A stretch of DNA of 64,000 nucleotides from Lophium mytilinum (Eukaryota). The notes below the pieces were generated by a model, which saw nothing but the letters and a program-made list of their open reading frames with translations, had not been told where the DNA came from and did no database searches. The stretch covers positions 1,571,599 to 1,635,598 of the forward strand of contig MU004190.1 of assembly GCA_010093605.1 (NCBI GenBank). Direction: 5' to 3'. Below are positions 25,910-36,125 of this stretch, piece after piece. A program made the position numbers and the translations under genes. The stretch's first letter is position 1; each line of letters starts with the position of its first letter.

Positions 25910-26930
25910 CTACTTCCTATCGCTATCATGGGTGTCACTACCCGGTGCCGGGAGACCCCAAACCACCCTCATATCGTCCATTCGCACCGCGAAACTGTTC
26001 GCGAGATTGCGCTTTTTCCTGCGAAGACTCTTCCTGGCTGCTCTCTCCTCGCCCAGAAGCTCCTCCGCAGCTACTCCTTCCAGCTTCTCAGCCTGATCCA
26101 CACCACCATGTGGGATGCCGTCTCCGACCTTTTCCTCAGCATGGCCTAGGCTACCACCTGGAATACCGGAATCTGCCTTGAACCGCAGCGGCAGCGCGAT
26201 GCCGCCACTCTGCTCGCCCTGTTCCAACGTCACCTGCGCAAACACCCGTACCATATCCTGCTCCCACTCACACGCAATCAGGTTCGCCCGTGCCCTGGTT
26301 CGTTCCCATTTCCCAGCCCTCTCGTCCGTGATTTGCCTGCTGATCTTCTCGCGAACCGCGAGGGTTTGCTCCCAGTCGGCTGCATCATTCAACCGTGCGC
26401 AGACCGCCGCCGGGTAGTTGCCTTGGACCTTCTTGTTATTGGTGGTGTTGAATGCGGTGATGCCGATAAACTCTTTGAGTGCCGAGGCAGCTTCATCGTC
26501 CTCCCATATTTCGCTGTTGGTATGGTCGCTGTCATCCTTGTCGAGGTCCACCCCCCCGTCCTCGTTGTCGGATTCGGAGTTAGCAGACGGCTCGACGGTG
26601 CCTTCAAGTTCATCTGTCTTGTAGTCGCTGTTCTCGGGCTCGTCATGCTGGCTTGGGGTCTTGTTGTCGGGGAAGCACCTAGCAAGCTCCCGGAGATTGT
26701 GCTTGCTATCCTTCAGACGCTTGGGACGCGCTGGAGCGTCGGCCTCGGCTTCCTATGTGGGCGGGTAATAGCAGGTCTTGGCTGGATGGGTGTGTTTTCA
26801 TGTGCAGCGACAACAAGGAGGAAAGAGACGTGCGAAGACGTTTGACAACGGAGTAGGGGAACGGGATGTTAGATACGCTTACTCTCTTGAACATCTTTGA
26901 TGAGTTGAACATCTTTGATGAGTTGAACAT
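25910..26930 (-). CDS. Orphan protein, two exons (intron ~26753-26882)
   Basis: ATG TTC AAG AGA|gtaagc...cacatag|GAA GCC joins in frame to the 213-aa ORF at 25910-26551; no recognisable domain. Confidence 0.6.
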
Positions 26931-26939
26931 CTTTGATGA
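26887..26939. repeat. 18-bp tandem repeat x3 (ttgaacatctttgatgag)
   Basis: Three consecutive copies, each containing a minus-strand ATG. Confidence 0.9.
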
Positions 26940-27117
26940 TAGGCCAGACGTGGTGGCGTGGGGATTGAGTTTGAGACCGAGGGTGACGGTTTGCGAAACC
27001 CTAAGTAACAACAGCGGATCGGATAAACCTTGGTTCCGCCGTTGAGAGACGGCGAAGATATGAGTTTGGGAACGCTGTTGCCCCGCGCACGCTGCGTGGT
27101 TACTTTACATGTGACTC

Positions 27118-27538
27118 CAGCGATAGTCATAAGTCTGGGCACACCCTTCACTAGGAAGCTTCGAGAACCTGAGACTGAAATCGACCTTCAAGCAGTGAAA
27201 GTTAGATTGCCTCTTGACTGACCGACTACCGAGTAACGCAGCTACCCCTTACAGTAGTGTCGAGTGAGCAAGATTTGAGCTCAGTAGTATTAAAGCCGCG
27301 TGTCCACGCTTATGATCGTATCAGTACTGGGCCATGAATTTGGGCACGCCTATACCACTGCTCTGTCTCATCTCTTGCTCTATCAGAACTATTGTGAGGA
27401 GTCCTCTGACTAGTGTCTCTCTAACCAGTTTGAAGGTGGGTAATGTCCACTGCATTGACCTTTATAATATATCTAGAGCTTCTAAACCCTACTGGGTGCC
27501 CCAAGCAGTGCCTAGACTCAAGTCATGACACCGTACTG
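27118..27538. mobile_element. Two abutting decayed MITE copies
   Basis: TIR-like cataagtctgggcac and cagtactgggccatgaatttgggcac; shared internal motif gctaccccttacagtagtgtcgagtgagcaag; ends ...tactg|ta. Confidence 0.6.
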
Positions 27539-27664
27539 TAGGTGAAATGGATCTGACGTCGTCACCAAAATATGTAACCGCGTCTTCGTCTCTACAACTA
27601 CAGAGCTTCCACCAAAGCTTCCTCCACCATCCACTCTCTACCCTTTACCCCGAACCACCACAAC

Positions 27665-28526
27665 ATGTCTCAATTCTCGAAGGCCAACACAACCCCGACA
27701 GGGAGCTCGGAGCCTGCCCGTAAAAAGTTGAAGTCAACCAAGAACGTCACCGCGATGCCCACTCCCACTTCTAGATCTCAGTCTCCAGATTCTCTCACTA
27801 CGCTCGGGAACCATAGGCATCTCTCTAGTGTAGTACGCCTCGGGATTCTTGGAGGAGTTCGCACGGAGCATGGGCCTGCATCGTCGGCGAACGACGAGCG
27901 TTTCAACAAGACGCCTCCAGGTATGTTTGGATCTCTTACAACCTCGTCTCCTTCACACTCATCACTGCAGCCTGACGTTTCTAACCCTCTTATCATAACA
28001 ATTTAGATACTGTCCGATCTACAACATCAAAACAACTAAGCTGAACTAACCCCTCACAGATCACTCTCCTCTCCCTAGCCCCGCCCAGACCACCATCTCA
28101 ATGCTAACCGCCCACTTCGATTCAAAATTTGCCGCACTGGAGTTCGACTTTGACACAAAGCTCGCCGAGCTCCAAACGTCCTTCGACGCCAAGCTCGCTG
28201 ACGCCAACGCGAAGATCCATCGTCTCAAAATGCAATTGGCAGCCCAGAACATGGGGATCTATGACGATATGGGAGTGCTGCGCCGAGATGTGGAAAGTAG
28301 GATGCGCAAGGAGATGGAGGTCATCGGAGACGGAATCTCGGAGAATGTAGGAAATGTGAGGAGGAGAGTCGGCCGGGTGGAGTGGGAGGCGGGAAGGCTG
28401 AAGGACATCATGGAGAGGGTGGTGGAGGGGCTGGTGGAGATGAGGGCGGCGGAGGAGGAGGAGAGTGAGCTTGAGGGTCAGTCTGGGACGGACAGCGAGA
28501 GTAGTAGCGATGGAGAGGTTAGGTAA
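27665..28526 (+). CDS. Orphan protein with a C-terminal coiled coil (intron ~27921-28059)
   Basis: The gtatgt...ctaac...cacag intron joins the 27665 ORF in frame to the 28101 ORF; heptad-like FDSKFAALEFDFDTKLAELQTSFDAKLA. Confidence 0.65.
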
Positions 28527-28895
28527 GGTTGGGCGTGATCAGGTTATGCCTTGGACCATTGCATTTGGCAGAAAGCTTCGAGTGATGAGAGATGCGGCGA
28601 AACTTTTGAGCAACACAAGCCCTCAGCTTTTCTTACACTGGTCTAGCACCACTTGGGGTTCTGTAGCACATCGTAAGAATTTGGAAAAGGGCAGTTTCAA
28701 CAAGTCTGGAAGCTTTGCGGGCCACCTCTAACGGCGTCAGACTGAGTGAGTCTCCGAGGTGGTGAGCGAGTCCACGAAGCAATGCGTAGGCGTAGAGTTG
28801 TGCAATAACTCCTCGCTGCGTGGCGGAGATTTCATATCGGTGTTATGTGACGTGACGTGACGGGCAAATACAGTGAAGTAATTTTTGGTGGGTGA

Positions 28896-28924
28896 CACGT
28901 GCGCAAATTTTAAGGGTATATATA
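28896..28924 (+). promoter_or_regulatory. CACGTG plus TATA box upstream of ncRNA copy A
   Basis: cacgtg at 28896-28901 and tatatata at 28917-28924, about 31 nt before the start of the terminal stem; equivalent elements precede copies B and C. Confidence 0.6.
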
Positions 28925-28947
28925 CTAAAGTATTTTGAACAGAATCT

Positions 28948-29147
28948 AAAGAAACTCGACTCACAGTCCTGTGCCGGGCGATGACATAGCACACTCACTC
29001 AGTGTGTTAGAGCTCACGCTACTCTAAACCGCACATCCAAGGACATCGTGCCGGGCGCTGACATAGCACACCCAATCATCGCAATGGCGCGGTGTGTTAG
29101 AGCTCACGCTATTCCAAACCGCACAGAGACGAGTTTCTCTTTTTTTT
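28948..29147 (+). ncRNA. Candidate Pol III structured ncRNA, copy A (terminal stem plus two conserved bulged hairpins, 28971-29034 and 29048-29124)
   Basis: Motif gtgccgggcg(a/c)tgacatagcacac-loop-gtgtgttagagctcacgcta(c/t)tc(t/c)aaaccgcac occurs twice; 5' agaaactcgactc pairs with 3' gagacgagtttct; T8 at 29140-29147. Confidence 0.75.
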
Positions 29148-29175
29148 GCATTCTACCTCTCTTATTAGAGGACCT

Positions 29176-29186
29176 GGTTCGACTCG
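29176..29186 (+). promoter_or_regulatory. Pol III B-box downstream of ncRNA copy A
   Basis: GGTTCGACTCG about 29 nt after the T-run, with no tRNA cloverleaf around it. Confidence 0.7.
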
Positions 29187-29496
29187 CGGAGTGACCATAA
29201 ATACATGAAATTTCTACCTTTTTACCTTTTAACCTCGCTTATTTATGCCTTTTACCCTTGAGGCAAGATGATCACCTTAATAGAAGGGCTACGTGCGCTT
29301 CGTACAATCCTCATGTCTGCTTCACATACCAATTCGGTACGGCACGAGCTGACAGTCCAATAATCTAGAGAGCTAGAGGATATCACAACTTCTTGACTAG
29401 AAACTACGATCTGCTCCAAAGCCTTGGAGTCGGTCTGTGTTGCAGGTGTTGGCCTTTAAAGGTGCTTTCGAAGAATTTCACGCGCTGGAAAATGAA

Positions 29497-29715
29497 GGCA
29501 CAGATCATATAAGTCTGGGCACACGGACTGATTACCGTTCAGCTCCAATTTGCTCACTTGACACCACCGAGAGGAGTAGCCCAGCCAGTTCAAAGGCGGT
29601 AAGCTGCATAGCAGTCTGATTTGCACTGTATGGAACTTGAAGTGGCGGCTAGAGATTTATAAGGAGTAGCCCAAACGGTGGCGTTGCATTGTGCCAGACT
29701 TCTGGCCTGTGACTG
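29497..29715. mobile_element. MITE copy (reverse orientation relative to 33524-33734)
   Basis: ataagtctgggcacacggac ... ttgctcacttgacaccac ... gtgccagacttctggcctgtgactg|ta. Confidence 0.7.
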
Positions 29716-29833
29716 TATGAAGAATGGTAGGATCCAATTGTATTGACAGTCATCCAGGGAAGTCCAATATCATCCTGAAAATGTGTTTCGCGACTTCCTC
29801 GAGAATATAACCCAGAGGATTCCACATCAAACG

Positions 29834-30685
29834 CTAGTTCCTACTACCAGACTTCACGGCCTCGTCGAAAGCCTCAAGCAGAAGCTGATCCATGTGCCTT
29901 TCTGTCGCTTCCTTTCGACCATAGAGCGTGTACAGCATCTTCGTCTCGGTCTCGGAGAGCTCGCGACCCATGAATCCCTTAATCTCCTCATCCATCTCCT
30001 TGACTTGCTTGCGCAGGTCCAACACCATCTTACCGCCGCGAAAGACGTTCTCCTTCATCCGGAACAGCTCTTCCAGTCGTAAGTTGGTAGGGCGTGCCTT
30101 CTGGAAGATGTATGGCTTCGGTTTCGTGATTCCGCTTCCTCTGACGCGGTGAATGAAGTTCTCAGTGTCTGCATTTCCCCAACACTATTAGCAGGATACC
30201 CAAGAGAACAAAACTATGCGCTGACCTTTCGCCTTGATGCCTACGGACTCAGCTTCGTTCGAGCCAAAGGTGCCATAGGGCGGGCCCGTGCCGAAACCTT
30301 GGCCGTCTGAAGTACCAGATTTAGCTCTCCCCGAAGACAAACGCATAGAGGCGAAGTGTATGCATACCCGTCATGTCATCCTCGGCCTGGACCTGGATGA
30401 AGTCCATTTCCATGTCATTCGTCTCCAGATTAAGGCTGTTGCTCCGCTCCGGATTCGTTGCCTTCGCTGGTCCCTTGCCATACTCACGATTATGAGCTCT
30501 AGTATTCTTTCCCGGTCGGTTCTTCTTCACACCGCCTGCACGCTGCTATTTTGGGTTAGTGAACGCAAAAGCACGAATGTTGGATGAAATTCATAGAGAA
30601 GAGGCTCGTGTAGCAAAGACAGATGGTGATGGCTTACCCCTAGATGTATGCGCATGTAGTCTTGATGGCTCAGCAAGTTGTTCAT
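29834..30685 (-). CDS. Orphan four-exon protein with a C-terminal helical/coiled-coil segment
   Basis: Three canonical introns (donors gtaagc, gtatgc, gtcagc; ctaa branch points) give a continuous frame MNNLLSHQD...QRAGGVKK...DGQGFG...DTENF...MKENVFRGG...stop. Confidence 0.65.
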
Positions 30686-30910
30686 GTTGTCGAAGGTGAG
30701 GCAAAAAAGATCGGTGAAGAGGAGAGGGTTGGTGGAGTTGGGTCGATGAAGCCTTCAGAGTCTCAATAAGTCAACAGGCCGGACAAAAGTATTCCCTTTT
30801 TGAAGGTCACGTGGATCCCACTACAGTACCAAGCTAAGGTAGAGTAGCACACTCGTTGCGACTGCTTAGGGTACCCCAATAGCTTTTGAAACTATGAATA
30901 CGAGGTACAG

Positions 30911-31450
30911 GTCAAGGAAATGGATATTAGGCCGCCTTTTGGTCAACTTAAAACCTGCCCGTTGAGCCCCTCCTTACAGTGGCATAGAGCATGCAAGAAT
31001 AGACCCTAAAAAGTGCTATATTGGTGTTGTGTTCTTACAAGACCTAGATTTATAGTATTGGTCAACGAAATGAATATTAGGCCGCCTTTTAGTTAACTGA
31101 AAACCTGCCCGTTGAGCTCCTCTTCACAGTGGCATGGAACAAGCAAGAATAGACCCTGAAAAGTACTATGTTAGTGTTGTATTCTTACGAGACCTAGATT
31201 TATGGTATTGGTCAACGAAATAAATATTAGGCCGCCTTTTGGTCAACTAGAAACCTGCCCGTTAAGCCCCTCTTTACAGTGGCATGGAGCAAGCAAGAAT
31301 AGACCTTGAAAAGTGCTATATTGATGTAGTGTTTTTAGGGGACCTAGATTTATAGTAAAGGTCAATGTAATGGAGATGAAGCTACCTTTTAGCGAGGGTA
31401 TCACCTGCTACCTGAGACACCCCTTACAGTCGTGTCGAGAGGGCAAGAAT
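30911..31450. repeat. 150-bp tandem repeat, about 3.6 copies, inside a MITE copy (~30824-31503)
   Basis: gtcaa starts at 30911, 31061, 31211 and 31361, an exact 150-bp period; the units contain the MITE internal motif ttacagtggc...gcaagaata. Confidence 0.9.
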
Positions 31451-31597
31451 ACAGCCGGAAATATCCAGGCTACAGGCACCAAATTCATTATGATATAGTA
31501 CGGTATTCGATTTAGAAAAGGGAAAGAGGCTACGAGGAAGGCGTCGTAGTGCCGCTACAAAGCATATACCTTCGTAGACGTCTGAAATTAGACGATA

Positions 31598-31823
31598 CAG
31601 TGACAGGCCATAAGTCTGTGTACACCGGTTGCCACTGCTAGGTGTACCCCTACGAGTTTTCCGTACTCTAGGTACAACATAAAATTCTGCGCACCGTACT
31701 CTTAGCTCCCTTTTGACTGAATGGATTTGTGACAATGAAGCCGCCCCTGACAATGGTATCCAGCTTCTAGAATCGACGCTCCAGCAGTAGCATGAATGTG
31801 CCCAGACTTATGGCCTAGTACTG
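31598..31823. mobile_element. Tc1/mariner-type MITE (~226 bp)
   Basis: TA|CAGTgacaggccataagtctgtgtacac ... gtgcccagacttatggcctagtACTG|TA: ~25-bp imperfect TIRs with TA flanks. Confidence 0.8.
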
Positions 31824-33309
31824 TACCATTCTGGCTACCGGGATGTTCAGCTCTTTCGAAGGGTTTCAATCACCTTTGGTTACAAAGTGTAGATGTTTGG
31901 TCAGAAGCTGATCATCTCATTCAAATTTCTGATGATAGACTAAAGAGCCTAAGACGGTCGTAACGCGGTATATACAACTATTGGAAATGAAGGATCGTTG
32001 TGGCCTCTGTTGTAGCATCGCATGTCCGTCAAGAAGAGATTAGCCCGATGCGCGAGGGAGTGGTGGAATGTCTTGCGTACCGCCATTCCTGTGGTTTGCG
32101 AAGGGGATATCCACTAAGGACTTTTCAGAGTGGGCGGGGAGTAATGTATCGAACCTAGCGTGTCTTCGAGCTCATCAGCACAGAGAGGATCAATCAGCTT
32201 TCCATTTCCCTGAATGAGGACTCAAGTTCTGCTAGTAGCAGAGAGCGTTTTCAAGTTACACGTTTTATAATATTTCGTCTTTCCTCTACAAGTTATTATC
32301 CTTAAAAGCGCAAGTAAGACAGTTATAGCCCATTTAGTCGTGGGCAGCGGTCTAGTTTCTTCTTCGTGATATAGGATAAAATTATCTTTACCTCTTACAT
32401 AATTGTACCTTGATGCAAATCACAAGGAGTGCAATATTTTCAATTGCCACTTTAGTCTTCCTCGAAGCAATTATGCGTATTCTCATGTATGTGTATGTCA
32501 ATTTTCTACGTGCGCTGAAGCTTTCAGTGTTTGTAATACTCCATCAGTAATCGGTGTTAGCAGCGAAAGAGGCCGCCGAGCTCATTATGTCTAACGTCAC
32601 TTACTGGCTCCCAGGCATATCAAAGTATCTCTCTCGTGTGATATGAAGAATCCAAACACAATGTATAGATCAAAGGAATATACATCAGACTACCGCTTGA
32701 CCAACCGAACGCAGATTGGCTGGGGCACTCCTTACAGTGGTGTCGAGGGAGCAAGAGTGGCGGCGAATCAGTGCTATATCTGTATGGCTTGATTGGTGAC
32801 CTAGCACCTTGGCATAGCATGCGAAACATATTTATGGTCACACACTTGCTGCTCTCTTGCAAACCACCATTTGGTACTATTTCCTAAGCCTACGCACGCG
32901 GATTCATTACTATTTAGCTTGAAGTATGCTCACTTAGCTATGCTGTTGACATCTGAAATGGGATTTCTCAGTAGGTTGAGCCACCTCAGACGGTACGATG
33001 ACGTGTGCAAACGTTTAGTCACAGCATTGCATATCAGACTCTTGATTTTAGACGTCAACTTTTCAAATTCGTATTAGGCTCATCACACAGCACGACCCCC
33101 CAACCTACCCCTACCTTCCACCACCCCCAGCCACTCTTGCAACCAGCGCCCGCCCCCGACAGCGTGCCCCCTTCGGGCACAAAGGCCACCCGGACTCGCA
33201 CGCCGCGGGATTGAAACGCTGGCCACGAAGAGCTGCGGCCAGAGGTGTTGGAAGGAGGGGAGGAGGGACAGTGACCACCCGATTTCAACCCACCTCACCC
33301 CTCCTACCC

Positions 33310-34236
33310 CTATTCTTCATCTTCTTCGGCCTCCTCTTCTAGCCTCCTCCTCTCCCGCCTGCTCCGCCTCTCCTCCTTGTCCCTCAGCGCCTTAACCTCC
33401 TCCTCCAACGCCTCAACCTTCTTCCCCAGCTTCCGGTTCTTTTTCTCGACTATATCGAGAATCTTCCCCATCTTGTACATCTCGTCTATGCAGAATTACT
33501 CGTTAGCATGTGTCATCTCTGTACAGTGAAAGGCCACAAGTCTGGCCACTGGTACGCCACTGCTTGGGGTACCCCCATAGGGGTTTGAAGACTCTAGGGC
33601 GATGTCAAGATTCAGGCAGTGCAGATTGGACTGCCTCTTGACTATTCGCCCGTCCAGCAGTCAGGCTACCCCCAACAGTGGTGTTGAGTGGGCAAGAGCT
33701 AAGTCCGTGTGCCCAGACTTGTGGCCTAGGGTTGTACTGGTAGGAAAACAAGGGAGGGACAAGACTTACACTGGAGGTTTTCCAACTCCAGCCTCGTCTC
33801 CACCGTCTCTACGACCCCCTCCATCTCTATGTCTTCGTCGTCATCGTCGGCTATAAACTTACATTAGTGCACTATCCTACTAGCCAACGTACTGACATGT
33901 GCGTAAAGCTACCGGATCTCGAAAGACCTCAATGAGCACACAGATCACAAGGAGTGCACTTACGAACGGCAGGCGGGGGGGACTCCCGCGTCTCCTCCTC
34001 CTCCTCCTCCGGCTTCTTCTTGGTCTTCTTCTCCTTCTTCCGGGGAGCGGCGCGGGGCTTGGGGAGGCGGCGGGGGCGGGCTTGGCGGCCGGCGTTGGCG
34101 CGGGTTTGCTAGAAAGAATTAGCATTGCGTGAAACTCTAGACGATCAGGGGTTCTAAGCTGGATGATATAGAGGCAGGTGAAAGTACAAAAGGAAATTAC
34201 AAGATAACTTACGGAGCGGGTCTGCATGGTGGCCAT
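33310..34236 (-). CDS. Small orphan four-exon protein (basic N-terminus, acidic middle, coiled-coil C-terminus); paralog of 56021-56953
   Basis: MATMQTRS|QTRANAGRQARPRRLPKPRAAP...|...|YEMYKMGK...KKVEALEEEVKALRDKEE; introns of phase 0,1,1 keep the frame. Confidence 0.7.
33524..33734. mobile_element. MITE copy inside intron 3 of the 33310-34236 gene
   Basis: TA|CAGTgaaaggccacaagtctggccac ... gtgcccagacttgtggcctagggttg|TA. Confidence 0.8.
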
Positions 34237-34571
34237 CTGGAGGCTCGTCCAGACGCTGTGTGATGATGATGTGACTAGGAAAGAAAAAAAAGGGAATTGA
34301 GGGAACCTTTATACGACAGCTCATAGCACTAAACTTCACCCCACTAGCGTGGTACTACATTTGGTGAAGGCTGCGGGGAAGTGAAGTTTGGGATGCGGCA
34401 CCCATGGTGAAGTTAGAGATACTCGCCAGCCTGGAATCGATAGATTCAAGGTATAATGTGTGGGTAGATTGATCCCAACTACCTAGTACAGTACAGTTAA
34501 TACATGGACAGGCCATAATTCTAGGCACGTGAGCAGTAGATGAGATAGAGATCACGAAAACGGGAGAGGAA

Positions 34572-35384
34572 ATGAACTTCAGCGACAACCCCACTACAAA
34601 TCACGTCCCCCCTCCTGGCTCCACCTCATCAACACCAAACTTGCCTCCGTCTCCTCACGACGACGACACGCCGACAACCACCATGAACGAACCACCTCCT
34701 ACCGGCCAGCTCCCTCTCCCAGAGTTCTCTCTGCCGTTTCGCCCTCACCGCCCTGGAAGCCCTCCTCCGGCCACCGCGCAGGCCTCCCAGCTGTTCTCCC
34801 TCCTAATCCACCCTAACGCAGCACTTCGCAATCCAGCCTACATTGACGTCAGCACGCGGAATGAGGCCACACTACTCGCTCCAACACTCGCGCCTGCAGC
34901 TGCAGACAATAACTCGAAGAACGCCACGCAGTGGGTCCAGTACGGCGGAATGTGGCACCAAGCTGGCTCATTTGCGGTGGTTGTCTATGTCGCCGACCCA
35001 AACGTCGTTACTCCCGTGGAAGAAGATGGTGTGTTGGATGCGGTGGTCGGTATCACGGAGAGAGGTGCTGTGGCGCAGGCAATAAATCTACAACAACAGT
35101 CCCGGAATATAGCGGCGAAGGAGACCGAGAAGAATCTTGAGCAGCCGAAAAAGCTTTCGAAAAGGGAGAAGAGAGCCCAGAAGCGACGACAAGCCGAGGC
35201 AGGGGGGAAGGACATTGGGATGAAGCAACCAAGAAAACGGGGTTCGAGACGGGACGGGAGAGCCAAAAAGCGACAACAGAGCGGGGCGGAGGGAAGGGAC
35301 CTTGAGATGATGAGCCATGCAGGTAACGTCTACCTATCTGAACCCTCGGGGAAGATGCTAAAGAAATATGAGGTCGTATCATAG
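34572..35384 (+). CDS. Orphan protein (Pro-rich N-terminus, K/R-rich C-terminus); start and 3' end uncertain
   Basis: 270-aa ORF with coding-like composition; possible donor gtaacg near 35322. Confidence 0.5.
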   Translation: MNFSDNPTTNHVPPPGSTSSTPNLPPSPHDDDTPTTTMNEPPPTGQLPLPEFSLPFRPHRPGSPPPATAQASQLFSLLIHPNAALRNPAYIDVSTRNEATLLAPTLAPAAADNNSKNATQWVQYGGMWHQAGSFAVVVYVADPNVVTPVEEDGVLDAVVGITERGAVAQAINLQQQSRNIAAKETEKNLEQPKKLSKREKRAQKRRQAEAGGKDIGMKQPRKRGSRRDGRAKKRQQSGAEGRDLEMMSHAGNVYLSEPSGKMLKKYEVVS

Positions 35385-35477
35385 CCGCTGGCCGCGCTCA
35401 GAACAAGAATGCTGAGAAATGGAGGCTGGGGAGGTGGATGGATACCGGGAGGTGAGAATGGGGCTTGAGAGCCGACG

Positions 35478-35880
35478 GTCTTGCTCATTCAACACCACTG
35501 CAAGGGGTAGCCTGGCTCTTAAGTAGCCAACCAGTCAAAAGACAGCCTGATTTATACTCTTTGAAACTTAGTATAGCTCTTAGATCTTCAAGAACTCATA
35601 GCGTACTCCAAGCAGTGGCGAACTAGTATGCCTAGGTTTCTGACCTGTCAATGACGATCAGACGAGAAGTCTAGGCACCCGTATCTAGTATTGATTGCCT
35701 CTAGTGTTGCTCACTTAACGCCACTGTGAAGGGTAGCCTGGCTGCTAAGCAGTCGTGCAGTCAAGACGCAGCCTAATTCGCACTGCTTGAAACTAGCACC
35801 GCCCTTGATCTTCGAGACCCTATGAGGGTATTCCAAGCAGTTGCGAACCATTGTGAAAAGGCTTATGCCTTGCAGTAGTG
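35478..35880. mobile_element. Two tandem decayed MITE copies (reverse orientation)
   Basis: ttgctca...ccactg...gggtagcctggct...gtcaa...ccaagcagt-gcgaac occurs twice. Confidence 0.7.
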
Positions 35881-36125
35881 TCGCGCAAGCACGAGCAAAG
35901 TTGAGGTAGCACGGTTCAAGGAGCAATGCGAGGGTTTTTGATGCTCAGTGTCTTTTGCCTAGATTCTGGGCACATCTGCTTGCCAACGTGTGGGGTGTCC
36001 CCATGGGCTTTTGAGAACAAGGAGAGGATGTGATATTTGAGAAGTGTCACGCTGGGCTTGACGCATAGAAAAACAAACGCTGTTCTTCCAAGGCCTACCT
36101 CATGCAAATGCGCCAAAAAGAGCAT

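Noticed and set aside
28971..29124. CRISPR array or integron attC-like cassette sites
   Set aside because: Only two units per locus, variable parts sit inside hairpin loops, there is no cas, integrase or recombinase gene in the window, and the context is a fungal genome with Pol III signals.
28971..29124. H/ACA snoRNA (two-hairpin layout) or 7SL/Alu-like RNA (GCCGGGCGC start)
   Set aside because: No consistent ANANNA hinge box, the two hairpins are near-identical, and the ends pair in a terminal stem. The 7SL similarity is limited to about 9 nt. Not fully excluded without an Rfam search.
28948..29147. Terminal stem interpreted as transposon TIRs
   Set aside because: The inverted ends differ in sequence among the three copies while the interior is conserved, the opposite of TIR elements; no TSDs are evident.
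29176..29186. tRNA genes at the three GGTTCGA sites (29176, 52446, 60315)
   Set aside because: No D-arm/A-box, anticodon arm or acceptor stem around them; each lies just after a T-run.
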